Shown here: positions 13,612 through 25,209 of the stretch, piece after piece
Numbering within the stretch: the stretch's first letter is position 1
Layout of the letters: every line of letters begins with the position of its first letter
Origin: Octopus vulgaris
Taxonomy: Eukaryota
Length of the DNA stretch: 64,000 nt
Reading direction: 5' to 3'
Assembly (NCBI GenBank): GCA_951406725.2
Contig: OX597818.1
Span: forward strand, 62,001-126,000
Position numbers and translations under genes: made by a program
Notes under the pieces: generated by a model
Told to the model about the DNA's origin: nothing
Database searches by the model: none
The model's input: the letters and a program-made list of their open reading frames with translations, nothing else

Positions 13612-13940
13612 CAAAGGACATACTTAGTATGTCCATCTGCTGGAAATAAGTCAAAACTCTTATTTAAATTGCCAAAATACACTGCTAATAATTACAGAAA
13701 TCAACTGTCTGAAGGCAAACAGGCTAAGACAATCTCTAAGCATACATTCAAGTATTTGGACTCATGTAGAATGGTTTCTGGACTGGCTGAGTCCAAATAC
13801 TTGAATGTATGCTGAGAGATTGTCTTAGCCCAATTGCTTTTCGATGGTTGATTTCTGTAGTTATTATCAGTGTATTTTAGTGACTTAAATAAGTTTTAAC
13901 TGTTATTTCCAGCAGGTAGACATACATAGTATGTCCTTTG
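13612..13940. repeat. Fold-back (palindromic) element, MITE-like
   Basis: About 150 bp imperfect inverted arms from CAAAGGACATAC to GTATGTCCTTTG with a ~23 nt centre. Confidence 0.8.
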
Positions 13941-13964
13941 AACAATTATATATATATATATATA

Positions 13965-14267
13965 TCACTGTCACCGTGACAGACCAGGCTATCAGATGTT
14001 ACTACACATTGCTGGTCACAATGCGCTTCGCATTGTTTTAGCCTTCAAATGACACCACCCCGCTGGCTAAGTGAGCAGGCCAACAGAAGAAAGAGTGAGA
14101 GAAAGTTGTGGCAAAAGAGTACGGCAGGGATCACCACCACCCCCTGCCAGATCCTCGTGGAGCTTTAGGTGTTTTCGCTCAATAAACACTCACAAGGCCA
14201 GGTCTGGGAATCGAAACCTTGATCCTACAACCGCAAGTCTGCTGCCCTAACCACTGGGCCATTGCGC
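13965..14267 (-). mobile_element. tRNA-derived SINE, third family (C)
   Basis: Minus strand GGCGCAATGGCCCAGTGGTTAGGGC (A box) and GGTTTCGATTCCC (B box) followed by a ~230 bp non-tRNA body. Confidence 0.8.
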
Positions 14268-14292
14268 CCCCCACCCACACACACATATATAT

Positions 14293-14450
14293 AGGTGCAA
14301 GCATGGCTGTGTAATAAAAAGATTGCTTCCCAACCACAAGGTTCTGGGTTCAGTCCCATTGCACACCACTTTGGATAAGAGTCTACTACTATAACCTCAG
14401 GACAACAGATGCTCTGAGTGGATTTGGTAGATGGTGACTGAAAGAAACCT
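14293..14450 (+). mobile_element. SINE family B head, diverged
   Basis: Homologous to 15571-15735. Confidence 0.75.
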
Positions 14451-14479
14451 ATGTATATATATATATATATATATGAAGA

Positions 14480-15260
14480 AAAATAAGTGAAAATAAGTTG
14501 AAATCAAAACAGTAAAGGCTTTTTATGAAAAGTAACCATAGATGTATACAATTAGATGAACTGAGGTAGGAATAAAAGTATAAAAGTCATTATTGTGAAT
14601 TGCTAAAGAGATTCAAAGGCATACTGGTTTCATAAAATTACTGATCACTGCTTTGAATGCACAACGATTACTGAATGGTGTCGGGTCTACTAGTCCCTGA
14701 GTAAAAAGATTATGTAGAAGGGAGGTAAGTAGTTCTGGATTTGGTGCAATTAGGGTAGATATAAATCTGTAATGTGAATGGTGTATGGAATGTGTGGGGG
14801 TTAGTGGTATTAACTGAAAGGTTAGTAGTGTTCTGTATTAAATTATGTGTTCATATTGAGTTGTGGAAGATATTTATTGATGAAAGTTGCCTCTTTATTC
14901 ATTCTTTGCTGTACGGAGGTTTTCTGTGAACATTGATAGAAGGGGAAACTTAGGAAATTAGGATTAAGATTCCTAGCACACCTTTCTATGTGCTCACTGA
15001 CCTGTATCTGTCTGTATTGTAGGTGGTGGAATTGTTCTTTATGGAGAGTGGTTCTTCGATAGAGTGATATTCCTGTTTGGCCAATATAATGATTACCACA
15101 CCTTAAGCATGTAATGGCATAGATTAGGTTTTCCGAGGCACAGGAGAAATTTTATTTAATCTTAAATATTTCACCTTGTTTAAAGTGGAGCTCTGAACTC
15201 TCCAAAAGGTGGGGGAATGTACCACAGTTAAGTTGATAACATTTTTTCACTTTTGGTTCC
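14480..15260 (-). mobile_element. Penelope-like element 3' fragment with GIY-YIG endonuclease relic
   Basis: Minus translation NFSCASENLIYAITCLRCGNHYIGQTG (~15155-15070); degenerate hammerhead fold downstream at 14611-14658. Confidence 0.8.
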
Positions 15261-15570
15261 ATTGTTGATCTCGTGCTGGTTAATATATTTTTTCAAAGAT
15301 TTAGGTTGCATTTTGCTTTTGATAATTTTGTGTGAGCCTATGAAATGGTTGGTGTTAGGAAGTGCATCCAGCTGTAAAAGCCATACCAAAACAGACACAG
15401 TAGCCTGGTGTCATCTTCTACCTAGCCAGCTCCTGTCAAACCATCAAACCCATACCAGCATGGAAGGCAGACATTAAATGATGATGATGAAGATATATAT
15501 ATATATATATATATATATGCATGTACATATACATACATACACACACACACACACACACGCACACATATAT

Positions 15571-15733
15571 AGGCGCAGGAGTGGCTGTGTGGTAAGTAGC
15601 TTGCTTACCAACCACATGGTTCCGGGTTCAGTCCCACTGCGTGCCACCTTGGGTAAGTGCCTTCTACTATAGCCTCGGGCCGACCAAATCCTTGTGAGTG
15701 GATTTGGTAGACGGAAACTGAAAGAAGCCCATC

Positions 15734-15794
<61 letters not shown>

Positions 15795-16020
15795 TGTGTG
15801 TGTGTATGTTTGTGTGTCTGTGTTTGTCCCCCTAGCTTTGCTTGACAACCGATGCTGGTGTGTTTATGACCCCATCACTTAGCAGTTCGGCAAAAGAGAC
15901 CGACAGAATAAGTACTGGGCTTACAAAGAATAAGTCCTGGGGTCGAGTTGCTCGACTAAAGGCGGTGCTCCAGCATAGCCGCAGTCAAATGACTGAAACA
16001 AGTAAAAGAGTAAAAAGAGT
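15571..16020 (+). mobile_element. tRNA-derived SINE, family B, well preserved
   Basis: AGGCGCAGGAGTGGCTGTGTGGTAAG...GGTTCAGTCCC head, (TA)n spacer, complete 3' end. Confidence 0.9.
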
Positions 16021-16050
16021 AATATATACATGCATATTAGACATTCATAC

Positions 16051-16780
16051 GCTAGGGTGTGGCACTTTTTCACACAGCTATCCTCATCCATACGCAACAC
16101 ATGACCATACCTGAGAGATGACTGCACTGGTATGGTCATGTGTTGTGTATAGATGAGGACAGCTGTGTGAAAAAGTTATCACACCCTAGCAGTAGAGAGA
16201 ACTTGTGGAAGAGGTAAACACAGGAAGACCTGGCATGAGGTAATGAAGTACGACCATTGAATGTTGGGCCTCACTGAGGTGATGACAAGTGACCGAGACC
16301 TTTGGAGATGTGCTGTGCTTGAGAAAACCTGGCAAGTCAAGTGAAAGCGTAACTGTGCAGCATAACCAGCCCATTTAAGAGTAACCTTCAATGATTGGGC
16401 AATAAACTGTACTTGCAAAGACCTGATGGCAGTACCGTCCGATTGGCACCTGTGCCAGTTGAACGTTAAAAGCACCATTTAAGCATTGTTGATGCCAGTG
16501 CCGGCTGACTGGTCCCGTGATGGTGGCACATAAAAAGCACCATTCGTGCATGGTCGATGCCAGTGTCGCCTGACTGGCTCCTGTGCTGGTGGAACGTAAA
16601 AAGCAACCTCTACACTCTTGGAGTGGTAGGCGTTAGGAAGGGCTTCCAGCTGTAGAAACATTGCCAGATCAGATTGGAGCCTGGTGCAGCCTTTTGGCTT
16701 GCCAGCCCTCAGTCAAACCGTCCAACCTATGCTAGCATGGAAAGTGGACGTTAAATGACGATGACGACGAGGATGATGAT
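16051..16780 (+). mobile_element. 5'-truncated RTE LINE 3' end with a 5' fold-back
   Basis: WYGHV...RGKHRKTW C-terminal relic and tail homologous to 20335-21040; ends in (GAT/GAC)n. Confidence 0.85.
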
Positions 16781-17373
16781 ATATAAGTGTATGTATGTAT
16801 ATGTGTATATGTTTATATATGTACATATATAAACATTCAACATGACACAAAGAAATCAAAACATTGGGTGCCCCAGAATCCCTTACACTAATGAATCAAG
16901 TGTGTTATGAACACACATTTGCTATAAAAGAGAAGTTGTTCTCTTGTGACAGAACACAACAGGGATTAACATATTCATGCTTGAATCTCCCGGAACATAT
17001 TAAGAAGAATTATGTAAGCCAGTATTTTGGTTCCCACTGTTCACTGTGCATATGATGGGGATGACAATGATGACATGTGTATGCGTGCATGTGTTGTTGA
17101 AAATCTAAAAGCTTGTTAGTCTCATGTTGATTGTTAGTTAATTAGCAGCTAGCTTTGTCTCAGCTTCTGCTAGTGAACAGAGCTGACAGTGCTTTGCCAT
17201 TCATCGTTCTTTGGCCGGCACGAGGATATTACTTCCACTTCCCCCACCCCATCTCTATACAAATTCTCTACCTCATATTTACAACTATGCCTCATGAAGT
17301 GGGAGTCAGAAAAGGAGAAAAAGTTCGGATAAGCAACTCTTGTTTCCAACCTACCATACATCTAAACCTCATT

Positions 17374-17769
17374 TTACAGTCTCTCTTGAGACTCTATCTG
17401 ATGTGCTGCAGCATACCTTTGCTGATGTCGAGAAAGTCCCATCTCCCTTCTGTTTTGGGACTCCGTCAGACGTGCTGCAGCATGCTTTTGCTGGTGTTGA
17501 GAAAGCCTTCTCTCCTTTCTCTCTTGAGACTGTATTTGACATGCTGCAGCATGCATTTGGTGATCTTTGGAAAGGGTCATGTTCCTTCTGTATTGAGACT
17601 CCATCTGATGTGATGCAGTCTGCCTTTGCTGATCTTGAGAAAGTTTGATGTCCCTTATCTCTTGAGACTCTCGCCTTTGGTTTTCTGCACTTTTCCTTGC
17701 TTTATAGGTGTTTCTGGTGAGATCACATTTTTTTCTTAGGTGGAATATTTCTTTCACTATTTTAAACAA
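17374..17769 (-). pseudogene. Four 23-aa STPR-like repeats; probable Helitron RepHel N-terminus relic
   Basis: 69-bp tandem unit; minus translation ESQEIRDIKLSQDQQRQTASHQM / ESQYRRNMTLSKDHQMHAAACQI / ESQERKERRLSQHQQKHAAARLT / ESQNRREMGLSRHQQRYAAAHQI after a basic RKKCDLTRN..KARK leader. Confidence 0.6.
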
Positions 17770-18689
17770 AAAATTATGAACATAGAAAAAAAATATACAA
17801 TAATCTTTATTTTTGTAAGAAGTTGTATGTATGTAGTATTGTTTTAATCGAAATTTATGTAGTATTATTATAATTGAAATGAAAACAAAATGACATGTTG
17901 ACAGTCATGGGATGTAATACTATATAGTAAGAGAGACATATATTCAAGCATATCAGTTGTCACATATGTATATGTATGTGTAGATGTGTGTTTGAATAAC
18001 ATATCTAATGCAGAAACACACTCACTCAGACACATACACATGTAACTGTAAATACCTTGCAACCTTGCAACTGCTATGTAAAATAAGATGATGTTAGTGT
18101 TATCGCATTTGAATTAAAATTGAAATTATAAAGGTAAAATAATATTATATCACATTACAAAATAGATCTTATTTTTCATACTGTAGGTTATCATACCTAG
18201 AGTTAATGTTAAGAATGCAAATGTTCATTTACTTTTGCTCTAAATCTCAAAAATTCCATCTCTTCATGTTTGTTTTCAATCAGCCCTAAATCTGGTAAGT
18301 TTTCACCACTCTCCCTCTCTTTTTCATTAACCACTTGCTTTTCCCATATTGATTAGCTACTTTTGTCTCAGCTTCTGCTAGGGATTAGGGCTGACACAGT
18401 GCTTTGCTATTTGTGGTGCACCCGCCCATCCCACCTCCACCATTTATGCCAGAAGTCTTTATCCTCTGACCTCTCCTGGTTGTCTTTCTCCTCAGCACCT
18501 CTAATGGCTTACTATACAGAATGCTTTCCCCTCTCCATCCCTATCTAGTATCTATCTCCTGTAGAAAATAATGATTACGTAGTGAATAAAATGATAGAGT
18601 AGTGTATGCAGGTTGAAGGCTACTTGTATGTTTATGAGATCTACCAAATGCAAGCTGTCTTTTCAGATGGATAATGCTACCATCCCCCA

Positions 18690-21040
18690 TCCCAGGGTCT
18701 CACTGGCCCACACCTTCCACATCCTCAGAGTTGGCACATTGAAGGGTATGTCTGGTAAAATTTTTGAGATGCTTGAACGGAGATGTGTAGATTTGTGCTG
18801 CATCCAAGAAGTAAGATGGAGAGTAAGTTCTGCTAGGTTCCTCACAGGCAAAGAACATAGGTATAAGATTTCCTGGGTAGGGAACACTGATGGGGTAGAG
18901 AGCATGGGTATACTCCTTGTGAAGAAATGGGTTGATAAAGTAATCGAAGTAGTCAGTCTGTGACAGAATACTCAAGCTTAGACTAGTGCTGCAACATTAT
19001 CTCAGCTTATGCTCTTCAGCTAGGGCTACCTGATGAATAGAAAGACTGATTTTATGACACCTTCAGAAAACCTGCCAGTTACCTGTTCACCTACCAGTCT
19101 GGTGGGTACACTAGTCAGATTGACTACATTCTCACTAGGAAACAGGAAAGACGGCTACTTATAAATGCCAAAACTTTCCCAGGTGAAGAACACACCCCAC
19201 AACATAGGTTAGTAGTTAGTGACTTCAGGATATGGGTTAAATGGCTGTCCAGGTGATGAAAATCATGGAGAGGGTCATAACCCAATTAATTAGGGAGAGA
19301 GTTAGTTTAGATGAGATGCAGTTTGAGTTTGTGCTAGCGAGATAGCACCACATGCTATATTTCTGTTAATACAGCTTCGGGAGAAATTCTTAGCCAAAGA
19401 TAAACATCAGAACTTGGCCTGACATGGAGTAAGCTTTTGACAAGGTCCCCCGATCCTTTATCTGGTGGTCAATGCAGAAAATAGGGATAGATGAGTGCTT
19501 GGTGAGAACTATTCAAGCCCTGTACAGGGATGCTGTCAGTAAGATGAGGGTTGGCAACGAGTATAGTGAAGAATTCTGGGTAGAAGTAGGGGTTCACCAA
19601 GGATCAGTCCTCAACTCCATTTTATTCATCATAGTCCACCAGGCAATAATAGAGGAATTCAAGACAGGCTGCCCCTGGGAGCTCCTCTATGCTGATGACC
19701 TTGCCCTAGTAGCTGAGTCACTACCAGAACAACAGAAATTCTAGGTGTGGAAGCAAAGTTTAGAATTGAGGGGCCTTAGAGTCAATCAAGCAAAAACCAA
19801 AGAATTAGTAAGTAGGAAGGCAGATGAATCACAAACCCCTTCAGGTAGATGACCTTGTTCGATCTGTAGAAAAGGCATAGGTAGAAACTCCATAAGATGT
19901 ACCTGGTGTAAGCTATGGACATGTAAGAGGTGCAGCAATATCAAAAGAAGGTTAACTGGGAAGATAGTTTTTGTGTATAGCAGATGCATAGGGGCAATAA
20001 ACACCAAAGATATACAGAAAACAGATGCCATCACATGCTAGGGGAAGAAACTAGAAGTAGTTGATAGCTTCTGTTACTTAGGTGACCAAGTCAGTTGCTA
20101 ACAAAAGGTCTTTCGCTCAGAGTGAAAGGTAGACTGTATGATGCATGTGTGCGAACAGCCATGCTACATGGCAGTGAAACATAAGCTGTGACTGCTGAGG
20201 ACATGCGTAGGCTTGAAAGAAATGAAGATAGTATGCTCCGCTGGATGTGTAATATCAGTGTGCATATATGACAGAGTGTAAGTACTCTGAGAGAAAAGTT
20301 GGACATAAGAAGCATCACATATGGTGTGTAATAGGGATGACTGTGCTGGTATGGTCATGTATAGATGAGAACAGCTGTGTTAAGAAGTGTCACACCCTGG
20401 TGGAAGGAACCTATGGAAGTGGTAGACCTAGGAATATATGGGATGAGGTAGAGAAGCACAACCTTCAAACGTTGGGCCTCACAGAGGCAATGAGAAGTGA
20501 CCGAGACCTTTGGAGATATACTGTGACAGAGAAGACCTGGCAAGTCAAGTGAGATTGTAGCCATAGCCGATGCCACAGTCGCATAACTGTTTAAAAGCAT
20601 CCTTCAATCATTGGGTAATATGCTCTGCTTGAGAAGACCTGTTGAGTCAAGTGAAATCGAAATCATAGTCATGGCCGATGCCAGTGTCACCTGACTGGCA
20701 CCCATGCCAGTGACACGTAAAAAGTACCATTCAAGCGTGGTCGATGCCATTGCCACCTGACTGGCTCTCATGCTGGTGGCATGTAAAAAGCACCATTTGA
20801 GCATGGTTGATGCCAGTGCCACCTGACTGGCTCCCATGCTGGTGGCACATAAAAAGTACCCATTACACTCTCAGAGAGGTTGGCATTAGGAAGGGCATCC
20901 AGCTGTAGAAACTTTAGCAGATTATATTGGAGCCTGGTGCTGCCTCCTGGCTTGCCGGTCCTCAGTCAAACTGTCCAACCCATGCCAGCAGGGAAAGCGG
21001 ACGTTTTACACTGATGATGATGAGGATGATGATGATGATA
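18690..21040 (+). mobile_element. RTE-clade LINE, internally deleted and decayed
   Basis: APE motifs (VDLCCIQEVRW), RT motifs (GVHQGSVL, LLYADDL), Cys-rich region, 3' UTR with ~60 bp internal repeats and (GAT)n tail. Confidence 0.92.
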
Positions 21041-21463
21041 TTTTTCATCTGGGAAAAAAATCCCTTTATAGGTGTATTCTGCTGAAAAATTCAATATCAC
21101 CCTGGAAATGATCATGGGAGCAACAGATACACATTTCATAATTTTTTCAGCTTGTCAATGCCACATAGTGGTGTCACTTTTGAAATAAAGTCAGATTGAC
21201 CAGTCCTAAATATATATAAAAGTGTGCAATGATGTCACTTAGGCTGAATAAAATTCAAATTATGCAATGGAATTTTTTGAGACAATATGTCTATAAAGAG
21301 ATGTTTTCCTGAACGAAAACTGCAGCTCCTAGATTTTCAACGATACATATGCTATGTCATATAAAGATTTTACTGTAAAGCTGCTTTCATTGCATGCGTA
21401 TATGATGATTGCTTTATCTTGACAGATGATAGCTGTCCCATCAACCCCCCACCCTCCATCACA

Positions 21464-21945
21464 CTACACAATCACTCCGTTGATGACTGCTGCTGACTGA
21501 CAGGGTTTAAAACACAAGTAACAGATATTATTTAAGTTTCTTTTATATCTTTGCCCTTTGGAATCTGATTCTGAAGGAATGTTTTGGTGGACTAGCATAT
21601 GTCTTTTAAGTCCAGATATTGCCTTACAAGTTTTGTGACATATGACACAAATCATAAGAGGTGGTTGTTCAAGATTATTACCTATCCGTGCATTTCAACT
21701 TTCATGTGACATCATATGAATCACATATCCTGCTTTTGACAGCAGAACACAATCATATGCTTTGTGGTTGTTTTAAGTCCTTTAGCAAATCACTTCTAAT
21801 TGCAAACCCAACACCACCTTCCCTTTTTACTCCTTTTGGCTTCCCAACTCAGAGTAATATAAAACCTGCCGCTGTTTCGACAAGATGATCTTCATCTGAA
21901 CATCTTGTTTCAGAAAGAGCTGCAATATCAACATTAAGATGCTCC
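21464..21945 (-). mobile_element. RTE-like LINE deletion derivative: APE N-terminus next to C2H2 zinc fingers
   Basis: NVDIAALSETR...GKPKGVKREGGVGFAI followed within ~150 bp by CVICHKTCKAISGLKRHMLVH and a partial CYLCFKPC finger. Confidence 0.75.
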
Positions 21946-22002
21946 TATACTGGTTGTTCTAATCACAGTTTCATTTCAAAACAGGAGCCTGATTTTCCCC
22001 CA

Positions 22003-22143
22003 TCAAACAGTCATGATTTTAATAGTGCAGCCAATTAAGAGGACTGTCATAAATTCAGGAGAAGGAAACTTTGACATAAAAGCAGGTTATAATTTATGAC
22101 AGTCCTCTTAATTGGCTGCACTATTAAAATCGTGACTGTTTGA
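22003..22143. repeat. Near-perfect inverted repeat (~53 bp arms, ~35 nt spacer)
   Basis: TCAAACAGTCATGATTTTAATAGTGCAGCCAATTAAGGAGGACTGTCATAAATT and its reverse complement, with one mismatch and one indel. Confidence 0.9.
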
Positions 22144-22399
22144 ATGAGCCACATCTACCCCACCCCCACAGAAATTATATATACATATGTACACATAAAA
22201 AAAAGAAAAAAGATATAAAAGTTGAAATTTTCAAAATTTAAAACTCTTTAAAAGTTAAAAGAAAAAAATTTTGAATTAAGAATACAAATAAGTAAAATTG
22301 AATAAATAAATATATATATATATTTGTCAATGCAAACAGGAAAAATAGAAGTAAAAAAAAGCAGAAGTAACAGAGTCACTCTGTTACTTCTGTTTAATA

Positions 22400-22442
<43 letters not shown>

Positions 22443-23047
22443 ATATATGGAGAGAGAGAGAGAGCATGATGGTTTCCTCTTGTGTTCCTTCTTCTTTGTC
22501 TCAATCCTAATCTCTGGTAATTCTTTCTCTAAATATGGTTCCAGGTTATGAACACATTATTACTGGCACAGTTTATATATAAGATTATTAAAATATTTTG
22601 GGAGATTTCAATGTTATCCTTGCTATTATTATATTCATGAAGTATTTTTTCTTCTAAAAATTCCAATCAATACAAATTCTATCTGCTTAGATAATCATTT
22701 TATTCGATCAAAAATTGATTTTTCACTTTTATGATTTTTTTTCCTCCAAATTCCATTGTCCTCTAAAATAATTTTTTTAAAGCTAATATTGTCATGATGT
22801 TTGAAATCTTTATTTTTCAGTTAGATATCATATTTACAGTTTGGTGCATTGGATAAAATACTTTACAGTATTTCCTCCCATTCTACAATCTGAGTTCAAA
22901 TCCTACTGATGCTAATTTTTGCCATTGATTCTTCCAGAATCAATAATGTTCCAGTCAAGTACTGTGGTGGATTTAACTGACTAACAACTCAACCTAAATT
23001 TGTGGCCTTATTCCTATGATTGCATTTGTGGCCTTATTCCTATGATA

Positions 23048-23415
23048 GGATTTTCTTCTGGTCGAGTAACCCATCCTGCTCAAAAGGTCCCTGAATAAGG
23101 ATTGTTTAAGGATGTTGAATGAAACACCCATGTTTCCAGAGGTGAATTATCCAAACCTCTAAGAATTCCTTTCAATACACGGCTATGATGCTCCCCCACT
23201 ACATCTGCTCGTGATCAGAGATACATATATCATCAGCCACTTAGGGACGTGGTCAACTGGTTATGGTCAAACAACTGACAAGCAAATATGTGGTATTGAG
23301 CAGAATATTTACTGTAGCCCATCTTTTATACCAAGACAAAACAATGCACATGATGACACTTCCAATCACTTAAGATCAGCAGCCATGAGAGCCACTGCCT
23401 GGTACTGCATCAGGG

Positions 23416-23417
<2 letters not shown>
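23048..23417 (-). mobile_element. Partial copy of the 555-bp (TAA)n-associated non-coding element
   Basis: Matches the right-hand two thirds of 46242-46796; abuts (ATT)n. Confidence 0.85.
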
Positions 23418-23455
<38 letters not shown>

Positions 23456-23458
<3 letters not shown>

Positions 23459-23988
23459 TAGTTTTATTTTTATAGCGTGCTTTCACTTCACTACCGAGCG
23501 CAGCTCTGTGTGCCTTGGGTATGTGCTGTGATTTGTTGTGATGCTCTGATGGTTATTGTATGGAAAGTGTTCTGCGTAGGATGTGTGCAGTGCCTAGCAG
23601 TGCAATTTTCTGTATGTTATATGTGTTTGTAAGTCCTAGTGTTTTTGTTATGTATTTGTCTGAATATTTTTTTATCATGCCTAATGCACCTACTATGATA
23701 GGAATTGTTTCTGTTTTCAGATTTCACATTCTAGTTACCTCTATTTCCAGGTCTTTGTATTTTGAGAGTTTCTCCATTTCTTTTAGAGACACGTTGTCAT
23801 CTGCCGGTATTGATACATCAATTAGAAAGCATTTTTTTCTTCATGATCTCTGACAACTATATCTGGTCTGTTGACCTTAATTTCTCTATCTGTGTGTATC
23901 GGCATATCCCAGAGTATGGTTGCTTTCTCGTTTTCTGTGACCTTTTCTGGTGTGTGCCTATACCATCTTTTTTCTGTTGTTATTCCAT
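23456..23988 (-). mobile_element. R4/Dong-like LINE 3' end (restriction-like endonuclease) in a (TAA)n tract
   Basis: ILWDMPIHTDREIKVNRPDIVV...LIDVSIPADDNVSLKEMEKLSKYKDL...GALG...ALLGTAHILRRTLSIQ*, one frameshift; flanked by (ATT)n. Confidence 0.88.
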
Positions 23989-24002
23989 AATTATTATTAT
24001 TA

Positions 24003-24077
<75 letters not shown>

Positions 24078-24079
24078 TT

Positions 24080-24415
24080 GAGTGAGTGAGCAGTTCATGC
24101 CATCAAAGTGACACTGGGGTAAAATATACGAAGCCCAGCATACCCATCATGACTACCCGTCTGATAAGGGTACACCAGGCACATGCATCACAACCATATG
24201 TGCATGACATGGTGATCTCATATCAAGATAAACAGCACATGAGCTTGCAGGTGGGGCCCAGTTAGAATTTTCTTCAGGTTGAGTAGCCCATCCCGCTCAA
24301 AAGGTCCCTAAATAAGGGTTGTTTAAGGATGTTGAAAGAACCGCCCATGTTTCCAGAGGTGAATTATTCAAACCCCAAAGAATCCCTCTCAACACATGGC
24401 TATGATGCTCCCCCA
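24080..24415 (-). mobile_element. Truncated copy of the 555-bp (TAA)n-associated element
   Basis: Matches 46242-46577; (ATT)n on both sides. Confidence 0.88.
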
Positions 24416-24439
24416 TTATTATTATTATTATTATTATTA

Positions 24440-24928
<489 letters not shown>

Positions 24929-25209
24929 TATTTGATAGTTTCAGGAAGATTTCTACTGCTTCACCAGCTACTCCTCCATGTTGCTAGGGTTTAGTTGAAG
25001 TCTTTTGTTGTACTAGTGTTTGTATTGTGTGTTGTGTGAGTGATGCTAGTGTGAGTGTTGTTCCTCTGTTGGGTATCTGGCCTGTTGAGTACATGTTGTA
25101 GGGATTGTTTAAGTTCTAATCCCGTATCCCAAAAAGCAATGTCCTTGTGCCTATATTAGAAAGAAATGTTTAACTGACTCCCTATCAAATTATGTAACCT
25201 TCAATAGAT

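Noticed and set aside
13965-14267. tRNA-like A and B boxes here and in SINE families A and B
   Set aside because: No complete cloverleaf; the heads run into repeated SINE bodies, so they are not tRNA genes.
17380-17670. Regularly spaced repeats as a CRISPR-like array (also 20570-20850 and 47265-47525)
   Set aside because: Contiguous degenerate tandem units without unique spacers, in eukaryotic DNA with no cas genes.
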